Positions 10,001-17,007 of a stretch of DNA of 64,000 bases are shown here, in pieces (position 1 is the stretch's first letter; every line of letters begins with the position of its first letter). This DNA comes from Christensenella sp. UBA4636 (lineage in GTDB: Bacteria > Bacillota > Clostridia > Christensenellales > Borkfalkiaceae): the NCBI GenBank assembly GCA_002405915.1, contig DHMS01000033.1, forward strand, positions 114,895-178,894, written 5' to 3'. The position numbers and the translations under genes were made by a program. A model generated the notes under the pieces. That model was not told the origin of the DNA and did not search any database. It saw only the letters and a program-made list of their open reading frames with translations.

Positions 10001-10465
10001 ATAGCCCGTTTCGGATAAAAGACGGCGCGCAGACATAACGACGTAGCGTAAGTCGGTCAAGCACTGACAAAAGCGTTTTTGCGGCGCGATATCGTCCTCT
10101 ACCGTTTTGCTTTCGTCAACCGCCATGATAGCGGCTCTCCCCTCCTCGACGAGCCTGTCGACGTATTCGAACACGCCGCCCTTAGGTACGGGGCGGGGAG
10201 AAAGACGTTTTATGTACTCTCCGACGGTAAACGTAACGCCCTTGGTGCGGCGTTGAACGCTATCCCAGTCGGCGAAAATTTCTTCGAGGGCGGAAAGCGA
10301 AACGCGGTAAGTGTCGACGTATTCTTTCACATAGTCGGTCGCTTTAATCTCCTTTTCCTCATCGGCAAGCTTTTTCATCGCCGCGTCGAATTTGTCTTGT
10401 TTTTTCTTGATTTCGGAAGCGTAAACTAAATGCAAACGCTCCGTTTCTCTTATTATATCGGACAT
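7025..10465 (-). CDS. EssC/EccC-like multi-domain FtsK/SpoIIIE-family ATPase, apparently soluble
   Basis: 1146-aa ORF. There is one canonical P-loop (NVFGLLVGMTGSGKSAFLHTFIMSAAYNYAPDELQMYLVDFKSGE) with a Walker B (LPIALFIIDEYNNMF). It is flanked by degenerate domains: the AAYNYAPDCFGERF duplicate upstream, and KPVYLVIHDVEWLL downstream. I see no hydrophobic TM stretch and no FHA-like N-terminus. Confidence 0.75.
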   Translation of the reverse strand: MSDIIRETERLHLVYASEIKKKQDKFDAAMKKLADEEKEIKATDYVKEYVDTYRVSLSALEEIFADWDSVQRRTKGVTFTVGEYIKRLSPRPVPKGGVFEYVDRLVEEGRAAIMAVDESKTVEDDIAPQKRFCQCLTDLRYVVMSARRLLSETGYEERKREEALAEVDKKKADLEINFKKNTKLENLSCYKELEALKTQILTDNEKASTMLIGKPLSDEETDYRFLIGFKKSDINKEALDFAVKTLGVPEKALSGVPVFFKPKTRNGVIVIRADRDYFEADGGDAFDLIRKIYLSLLSSLGLKNLRLGGAETAVEAVIGAVADRVKAKLGENYIFDKDIASSSSGTISFNEALITLIRGRSKTYKGNDYANIYEYNDNTPDAKHDFVLAAYNYAPDCFGERFTSEQKKTFLNVLETGPAKGVLSLICIDKNSDFKLEDDKGKKISCDVIDVTEDGVLYNGEPVSVDIMAENFKINDYLDYLSKENKASDSLSLKKLLEMSDKDFALKPVEDYNDALRIPLGISSGVRYDYVLKTCSTNVFGLLVGMTGSGKSAFLHTFIMSAAYNYAPDELQMYLVDFKSGETSPAFANYKKGNPMYLPHVVYLSLRCREESAMDLLNKMDFMIDERAKIMSESKSGCSDIRAFNKSQAVLSGKYKKLPIALFIIDEYNNMFGSGANFATISKLGNKLDSVLKRARSYGIEILFCGQTADPLIGCGATEQIGSKLSLKVNNPSVFNSYFKLNSIKAGEYSEKLKKIGTALISIGSNNGDITNLVKVAYAGETTSRDMKDVAERIREKYKNNPACKIVQAEAGNDDLFPISDYKAVAYKEGKYYLPIGASASNTIGVSLSFAEDRNASGYCALARESKLFELERSFTLSYIEKFNDGEFIYAAGPADGKEFIDGFGREKDFVSKFVNVCDDKEHLKIARELTRLKELLEKRREEKSLDNKAQFKPVYLVIHDVEWLLSSGAIGGKKTTSAANKSADTPAKPVDTSATEKELADSGVSLKGGALAMLSRVRAGGSTIQPKAEKPVEDNKTYYVSDLKAIVSDLYENGSGYCVFVILAHEKLSQLKAVCGGGENARSSQRYIYDSYDVLKAITENKSIEGARVDETCVYDNLSSTRTRLFDYSIENNAEWWKALKAKRG

Positions 10466-10480
10466 AAGTTCACCGTAAAA

Positions 10481-12898
10481 TTATTTTAGTATCGAAATAA
10501 GTTGTTTTGCCGCTCTTAAAATTTCAGTAGCTTCCGTATACGCTTTTACATGAACAATCGATTGATAGATACCGACCGCGAAAGCGACGACCAAGAAGAT
10601 TGCGCCTATAACAGCCACGGGAGCGGTTATACCGTCGTCGATATCGTTAATAACGAAACAGGCGGCTATCAACATAAGTACCGCGTTGATAAGCGCGGCG
10701 GCGTTCAAGAACACCATGTACCCCGGGAAGTTTACACTCCCGACAATTCCCATAACGCCGAAGCCTAAAACAATTATGATATGCAAAAAAACAAGTATAA
10801 CGCTATCGCTTCCTTCGACGTTGTAGTTTTCGAATTTGTGTATGCAAACGAGAACGAAATGCGGAACGAATGCGACAAGGCACGGGAAGCCTATAACCAT
10901 TCCGCGAGTCCAACCCGCTTCAAAAAAGCCTAAACCGACGGCAATCGCCGTTACGACGACCGAAACGCCGAGCATAAGCGAAGAACTGCAAACAGTTTCC
11001 TCCTCGGAGAAAATCGCGCCGAAAAGATATGCTGAGAACGCAGCCGCGCCGAAAGCGACGGCAAGATACGCGTATTCGCCGCCTAAAGCCGAAAAAATAA
11101 TCGAAGCGATGATTAAAAACGGGTTGACGGCATGCAAAACCGCCAAAACGGCAACGTTTTTGCCGCCGTTGCCTACTTTACATTCGAACAAAAACCACAT
11201 TACGCCGTAAGCGACAACGCAAGCCGCGCTCACGAGCGGCAAACGGAGATTAGGCACGAATACCGAAACGCCTATCGCGATAACAAGCAACAGTACGGCG
11301 GCAAGTATCGGCAAGGTTACGGGCAAACGCTTTTTGCGATTGTAAGCTTTTATACGTTTTATTTCCGCTTGTCTTTGTTTTCTCGCCTCGCGGGCTTCCT
11401 TTTCTTCGCGCTCTTTCTTCATTTTTTCTATAGCTTTGTCGTTAATATCGCAAGCTTCTTTATAAGCCGCTTCCAACGCGCTTATTTTATTTTCGGAAAT
11501 AAGCTTCTTTTCGGCGGAAGTAAGGCTATGATAAACGCGCATTACGTCCGTAGTTTTACCGTTTTTGTCTGCTTTAAACGCCGGCAAAACCTCGTCGATT
11601 TTCGCTTCTTTTTCGGCGGCGGATTGTTTTACCGCCTCTTGATTTTTGATATAACGCTCCGCTTCGGTTTTTAAGCTTTTAACCTTATCCTTATCTAAGT
11701 ACGGCAAAACGCGCGCGGGAACGGAAGCGAAAAAGCTTTCCGCTTCATAATATTTTGCGTGTCTGTTTTGACAAGAAGTTATAAACGCGTCTAACTTTTT
11801 ATTGTAATCGATAATTTCCTTTTGAAGTTTTTCTTCGGCTGCCTTTTTCTCTGCGGCTTGGCGGCGAAGTTCTTTTTGTCTGTCCTCTTCCGCCTTAATG
11901 CCGTCCTTAGCGATTTTCAAAAGCTTATTGAGCTTTTGCGACTCTTTAAGATACGGGCGGACGGAATCGGTTATCGTCTTTTCGAACTTCAAAACGGCGT
12001 TATAATCGGCGTTGCCGCGTTCGAAGTCGTCCGAAAAAGCAAGGATTTTTTCGTCGATCGTGTAAGCTAAGGAAACCTTTTTGGCAATAACGGCAAGCTC
12101 GTCGAGAACGGCGAGATTTTTGCACCTCGAACGAATTTTAAGTTCAAGATTTTTTACGAGATTTTGGGCGTTTTTAACGTCCTCGCACCAATAAACGCCT
12201 TTGGGAGCTTTGCTCAAATCGAAGATAAGCTTGTCGATATCCGCGGCGGAATCGGCAATACGCTTTTCTTCCTTTTCTTTCGCGGCACGCTCCGCTTCCG
12301 CCTTTTTTATGGCGGCTAAGCGTTCTTCTTCCGCTTTTTTAGCGGCGGCTTGGCGTTTGGCTTCTTCCTCGGCGGCTTTCTTTGCGGCGGCTTTGTCCGC
12401 GATATCTTTTTCGATGATTTTTACGGCTTCCGCCTTTATTACGTTAATTTTCGTAGCGTTTTTAATAGATTTTATAATATCGGCGTTTTGTTTTTCTTCC
12501 TTTTCTACAACCTTTAAAGCGCGCTCCGCCCACGCAACCGAACGGGGTTCTTTATCTAACGCCGCTATGCGTTCGTCAAGCTCGTCAATGCGCTTTTTTA
12601 ACGCCGCTTCGTCGTCTTGCTTCTTTTTTTCGATTATGTAATTTGCCTTTTCTTTGATTTCTTTAAGGCGCGAAGCGTTGAGAGATAGGTCGAAAATATC
12701 GGAATTGAGCCGCGTTTCCTCTTCTACGAAAGGAAGAGCCGCTTTTGCCCATTCGATATCTTGTTTTCTCTTTAAAAATTCCGCGACGCGCGCGTCAAGC
12801 TGTTCGGCTCGTTCTCTTTTCGTCGCCTCGTCGCCGACCTTTTTGTACTTTGCGGGATCGCCGGAATTAAGCCCGCCGAATAAGTTGTTGCCTGCCAT
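10481..12898 (-). CDS. Large membrane protein: N-terminal repeated helical modules plus a C-terminal ~10-TM domain; first gene of the WXG100 operon
   Basis: The ORF track gives 10481..13006. I prefer ATG 12898 (MAGNNLFGG...), which has GAGGAG 12 nt upstream, because ATG 13006 has no SD. The C-terminal ~280 aa are a run of hydrophobic helices (LPILAAVLLLVIAIGVSVFV ... AVIGAIFLVVAFAVGIY). Confidence 0.6.
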   Translation of the reverse strand: MAGNNLFGGLNSGDPAKYKKVGDEATKRERAEQLDARVAEFLKRKQDIEWAKAALPFVEEETRLNSDIFDLSLNASRLKEIKEKANYIIEKKKQDDEAALKKRIDELDERIAALDKEPRSVAWAERALKVVEKEEKQNADIIKSIKNATKINVIKAEAVKIIEKDIADKAAAKKAAEEEAKRQAAAKKAEEERLAAIKKAEAERAAKEKEEKRIADSAADIDKLIFDLSKAPKGVYWCEDVKNAQNLVKNLELKIRSRCKNLAVLDELAVIAKKVSLAYTIDEKILAFSDDFERGNADYNAVLKFEKTITDSVRPYLKESQKLNKLLKIAKDGIKAEEDRQKELRRQAAEKKAAEEKLQKEIIDYNKKLDAFITSCQNRHAKYYEAESFFASVPARVLPYLDKDKVKSLKTEAERYIKNQEAVKQSAAEKEAKIDEVLPAFKADKNGKTTDVMRVYHSLTSAEKKLISENKISALEAAYKEACDINDKAIEKMKKEREEKEAREARKQRQAEIKRIKAYNRKKRLPVTLPILAAVLLLVIAIGVSVFVPNLRLPLVSAACVVAYGVMWFLFECKVGNGGKNVAVLAVLHAVNPFLIIASIIFSALGGEYAYLAVAFGAAAFSAYLFGAIFSEEETVCSSSLMLGVSVVVTAIAVGLGFFEAGWTRGMVIGFPCLVAFVPHFVLVCIHKFENYNVEGSDSVILVFLHIIIVLGFGVMGIVGSVNFPGYMVFLNAAALINAVLMLIAACFVINDIDDGITAPVAVIGAIFLVVAFAVGIYQSIVHVKAYTEATEILRAAKQLISILK

Positions 12899-13021
12899 GT
12901 TTTTGCTTTGCTCCTCGAATATAATATTCTTGATTTGTCGTTTGTAGTTACGCGCGCCGAAAACGGAGAAAGTTTTTCCTACGTTATATTCGCACGCAAA
13001 ACGCATTGTTTTTATTATATA

Positions 13022-13050
13022 ATTTTACAAAACGAGTTGCGTTTTGTCAA
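13022..13050 (-). promoter_or_regulatory. Sigma-A-type promoter for the WXG100/ATPase operon
   Basis: The minus strand reads TTGACA (13050-13045), 17-nt spacer, TAAAAT (13027-13022). Confidence 0.5.
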
Positions 13051-13052
13051 GT

Positions 13053-13106
13053 CCAAAACAGCACGAAAGACAGCCTTTCTTAAAAAATCTTAAAAAGCTG
13101 TCTTTC
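13053..13106 (-). terminator. Putative terminator after ftsZ
   Basis: 10-bp stem GAAAGACAGC (13065-13074) / GCTGTCTTTC (13097-13106) with a 22-nt loop. On the minus strand it is followed by GTGCTGTTTTGG. Confidence 0.4.
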
Positions 13107-13165
13107 GATGATTGATTCCGTTTCATACCGCCGATTATGCGAACGCTAAGAAACGAAATCTTTAT

Positions 13166-14704
13166 TTACTTTTTGAAAAGCTTTCTCACGAATGCGGGAA
13201 GTCCGCCTTTTTTCTGCTCTTCTCTGGGCTGCTCCTCTTGCGGCTGCGCGCCGTAAGGATAGCCGTCGTCATAAGAATGGTCGTCGTAACCTCTTCTCGC
13301 TCTGTCGTCAGGTTGTCTATAATCGTCCCTGCCGTATTCGCCGTAAGCGTTGCGCGCCGCGCCGGTAGTTACAACGCGTTCGTCGCCGTAAGGTCTGCGC
13401 GGTTGTTCTCTATCGTACTGCGGTCTTTCGGCGTAATCCTCGTCGCGCTTACCGTAAGGTCTTGCGGCGTACGGGTCCCTCGCGTAGCCGTCGCGCTTTT
13501 GGTCGTACGCGGACTGCTCGGGAGAAGCGTAGCGGGAACGCGGAGCTTCCTCCTCTTCGCCGTAACCTCTTGCATAAGGGGTCTGGGTCTGCTGCGGACG
13601 AGCGGTATCTCTTTCATAAGGAGAACGAACGTAAGACGGCTTAGCTTCTTCTTGCGGTTCTTCAACCTTTTTTTCGGGTTCGGGACGAGCCGAGAAAAGG
13701 TTCTTGTACGCTCTCGAAGCGTCGGATGAAGAATCGTCGGAACTTCTGTCGAAGCCGGTCGCTATCATCGTGATGATGACTTCTTCCTGCAAAGCTTCGT
13801 TTATGTTCATGCCGAAAATAATGTTTGCGGACGGGTCGACGATGCCTTTAATGCTGTGCGCCGCTTCGTCAACTTGTTTGAGCGTTAAGTCTTTGCCGCC
13901 CGTGACGTTCAAAATAACGCCCTTTGCGCCCTCGATGGTTGTTTCAAGGAGCGGCGAAGAAATGGCTTCTCTTACCGCTTCGAGTATTCTGTTTTCGCCC
14001 TTGGCTCTACCCACGCCCATGTGCGCAAGACCCTGGTTTTTGATTATCGCGGAAACGTCGGCAAAGTCAAGGTTGATAAGCGACGGGGTGGCGATAAGGT
14101 CGGCAATGCCGCAAATGCCCTGGCGGAGCGTGTCGTCCGCGTATTTTAACGCTTCAATCATTGGCGTGTCGGGTTTTAACGCTTCGAGAAGTTTGTCGTT
14201 CGGGATAATAATCATCGTATCGACGTACTTTTCAAGGTTGGCGATACCCTTTTTGGCGTTGATTTCGCGCTTGCCGCCTTCGAACATGAACGGCTTGGTG
14301 ACGACAGCAACCGTTACGCAACCTTTTTCTTTTGCGACTTTGGCAATGACGGGGGAAGCGCCCGTGCCGGTGCCGCCGCCCATACCCGCGGCGATAAACA
14401 AAAGGTCTACGCCGTCGACTATCTGTTCGATAAGTTCTCTGCTTTCTTCGGCGGCTTTTTCGCCGATTTCCGGGTTTGCGCCCGCGCCTAAGCCCTTGGT
14501 TTCTTCCGCGCCTATCTGGTAGCGGTTTTCGGGCGGGCATTTTGAAAGCATGAGCGCCTGCTTGTCCGTGTTGATAGCTACGAATTCGGCGGTGTGTACG
14601 CCTTGGTCTATCATTCTGTTGACGGCGTTGTTGCCCGCGCCGCCTACGCCGATTACCATAATTTTGGCAACCGACGACGCTTGATCGTATTCTTCGTTAA
14701 ACAT
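13166..14704 (-). CDS. ftsZ: Cell-division GTPase FtsZ (512-aa product from the internal SD/ATG) with a long R/Y/D/P-rich C-terminal linker
   Basis: The minus strand reads AGGAGGAAATATATG at 14704. The product begins [31 protein letters not shown], carries the GGGTGTG tubulin signature ([14 protein letters not shown]) and ends with an FtsA-binding-type peptide, [13 protein letters not shown]. Confidence 0.92.
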   Translation of the reverse strand: MFNEEYDQASSVAKIMVIGVGGAGNNAVNRMIDQGVHTAEFVAINTDKQALMLSKCPPENRYQIGAEETKGLGAGANPEIGEKAAEESRELIEQIVDGVDLLFIAAGMGGGTGTGASPVIAKVAKEKGCVTVAVVTKPFMFEGGKREINAKKGIANLEKYVDTMIIIPNDKLLEALKPDTPMIEALKYADDTLRQGICGIADLIATPSLINLDFADVSAIIKNQGLAHMGVGRAKGENRILEAVREAISSPLLETTIEGAKGVILNVTGGKDLTLKQVDEAAHSIKGIVDPSANIIFGMNINEALQEEVIITMIATGFDRSSDDSSSDASRAYKNLFSARPEPEKKVEEPQEEAKPSYVRSPYERDTARPQQTQTPYARGYGEEEEAPRSRYASPEQSAYDQKRDGYARDPYAARPYGKRDEDYAERPQYDREQPRRPYGDERVVTTGAARNAYGEYGRDDYRQPDDRARRGYDDHSYDDGYPYGAQPQEEQPREEQKKGGLPAFVRKLFKK

Positions 14705-16948
14705 ATATTTCCTCCTGACGGATTGCTTTTTTTGTTGCTCTTTATAGAGTCTTTCTTCTTCGGTTTCCGATTCTTCGGGAATTTCTTCTCGGGTTTCTTC
14801 TTTTTCCTCGTACGGCGTTGTAGCTTGTTGCGTTTGCGCCTGCGTTTGCTCGAATTTTATCGTTTGCGGCTCTTCCTCTTGAATTGTCTGCGGCACCGCT
14901 TTGATTGCTTGTTCTGCCGTCTGCTCCGCAGTTTGATCTTCGAAAGGCTCTTGCGGCTGCACGGGTTGCGGCTCTTCCGTCGCCGTTTGTTGCGGCGGTT
15001 CGGGTTGCGGTTCTTCTATTTGAATTTCGGGTTCCGCTTGCGCTTCGACTTCTTCAATTGTTTGTTCCGCTTGCGGTTCGTCAAAGACCGTTAAAAACTC
15101 GTCCTCGTCCGACTGCTTTTCGGTTGTTTCCGAAATAACGTCGTCGAAAATGCTTTTCGCTTCCTCTTCGTCGTCAACTTGTTCCGTCTGCTCGGTTACC
15201 TCATCTATCGGCGCAACCTCTTCGGGTTCGGCTTCTATAATAGGCTCCGTAACGGGTTCCGCTTGTTCGACGGATTCAACTTTTTCATCGACGGGTTCGG
15301 GAATTATTTTTTCTACCGTCGCGGTTTCGGGTTCAACTTCGGTCGTTTCTTTAATTTCGGTCGCCGTTACCTCTTCCGTTTGAGTTTCAACTTCTGTAGG
15401 GCTTTCTTCAACGGTTTCCGCTTGCGGTTCATCCTCTTCCGCCTTTGCGGGAGTCGTGAAAAAGTCGCTTATTTCGCCCGAATTTTCCGTTTCTGCCGCG
15501 CCGAACAAAGCTTCTTCGAAAGAAATTTGTCCTTTAACGGGCGCAAATTCGTCCTCTTCGTCGGCTGTTTCTTCGGCTTGTTCGCTTTCCGCGGTTTCTT
15601 GCGCCGTTTCTTCAATCTCCGTTGCTTCTTCGGCTTGTTCTACCTTTTCGACTTCATCTTCGATTTTTTCTATTTCTAAGGTAGATTGTTCCACCTCTTC
15701 GATAGTTTCTTCTTCGACGGGCTTTTCTTCCGCTGTTTCGGGTTCGTTTACCTCGGGTTCTTCGGCAACTTCCGTTTCGTCCTCAGAGACTTCTTCGTCG
15801 GAAGCTAAGTCGGAGGCTAAGTCGGGCGGGAGCGCGCATGTTGCGTCGGCTATTCGCTCGACTTCTTCAATCGTTTTGATTTCTTCGTCCTCGGCTTCCT
15901 TTATAGGCTCGTCCGCCTTTTCTATGGCTGCGGCGGGACTTTCCGAAACGGTTAAGTTGCCCGACGAATATTCTTCTTCGTTAGTCGCTTCGATTTGTAT
16001 TCCTTGCGGCTCGGCTTCTTCAAGCTCTTTGGGTTCTTCTGAAAGTTCTTCCGTTTCGACCTCTTCTGTTTCCTCTTCGGTTTCGGTTTGTTCTTCTACC
16101 TCTTCGCCGTCGATTTTTTCAGCCGTTTCTTCGTCGATATTTTCTTCGGCTTCGTCGGCTGCTTCGTCGATTTCGGGTTCGCCGTCTTTTTCGGTTTCTT
16201 CTATCTCGTCGGAAATTTCAAGTTTTTCCTCTTCGACGGGCAAATCTTCTGCGGGTTCTTCTTCCGCTTCTTCTTGCTCGTCCGAAACTTCCGCTTCTGC
16301 GGGTTCTTCAACTTCTTCGGGTTCGGTTTCTTCCGCCGTTTTCTCGATAGTCGCGGTTTCTTCCGCCGTTTCGGCTTTCAAATCTTCTTCTAAGTCCGGT
16401 TCGAAGTTAACGCTTTCTTTCCATTTTTCAAAGGTTTTTTCTTCCTCTTCCGTTTCCTCTTCCGTTTCGTCGTCATCTATTGGCACGTAAGAGCTTAAAA
16501 AATCCTCGTCCGGTTCGAAGTCCACCTTGGAGCGGTCGAAAACGAAAGGCTTTTTTTCTTCGGCTTCGCCGATTTCGGGTTCGCCGTCTTTTTCGGTTTC
16601 TTCTATCTCGTCGGAAATTTCAAGTCTTTCCTCTTCTTCGGGCAAGTCCTCTTCGATTTCTTCCGCCGTTTCTTCGTCGGTTACATCTTCGGAAGTTTTT
16701 TCCGTTTCTTTCGCGGCTTCATCGTCCAAAGTTTCTTCAACCTCTTCGGGAGCGGTTGTAAGTTCTTTTTCGGTTTCTACCTCTGCGGGCGTTTCTACTT
16801 TTACTTCTTCCGTTTCGGCTTCCTCGGAGAATTTGCCCGTTTGCTCGTTTATTTCGAAAAACGTTACGGGAATAGGCTTAGGAGTAACGGAAAATCCTCC
16901 GCCCCGCGTTTTTATTTTATTTTTTTTCTTCTTTTTTTCTTTGTACAT
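14705..16948 (-). CDS. In-frame, stop-free upstream extension of ftsZ: 748 codons of hyper-acidic low-complexity sequence (would give a 1260-aa FtsZ isoform)
   Basis: The ORF track shows one uninterrupted frame, 13166..16981. The most plausible start is ATG 16948 ([18 protein letters not shown]), with GGGAGG 5 nt upstream and 59 nt after the ftsA stop. Composition is dominated by E, T, P, A, D and Q. Confidence 0.5.
16169..16636 (-). repeat. Two ~66-nt near-identical in-frame direct repeats inside the acidic extension
   Basis: Copies at 16169-16235 and 16571-16636, 402 nt apart (134 codons). Both encode [18 protein letters not shown]. Confidence 0.85.
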
Positions 16949-17007
16949 TTTTACCTCCCTATTTTTTATTTGCTCGCTCAAAACTTAAAGCGGTATATGC
17001 GTTTTTA

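Noticed and set aside
13112-13729. A plus-strand 205-aa ORF, and minus-strand alternate-frame ORFs, in the FtsZ linker region
   Set aside because: They are low-complexity mirror frames of the R/Y/D/P-rich linker, which itself is bounded by the conserved FtsZ core and the C-terminal peptide in a single frame.
14594-16988. Long plus-strand ORFs (for example 15456..16490, 344 aa and Ser-rich; 16527..16988; 15179..15679) antisense to the acidic ftsZ extension
   Set aside because: They are the reverse-complement reading of GAA/GAG-rich low-complexity DNA (TTC/CTC giving S/F/L runs). They have no SD and no sensible protein features. The sense strand, by contrast, fits the operon structure.
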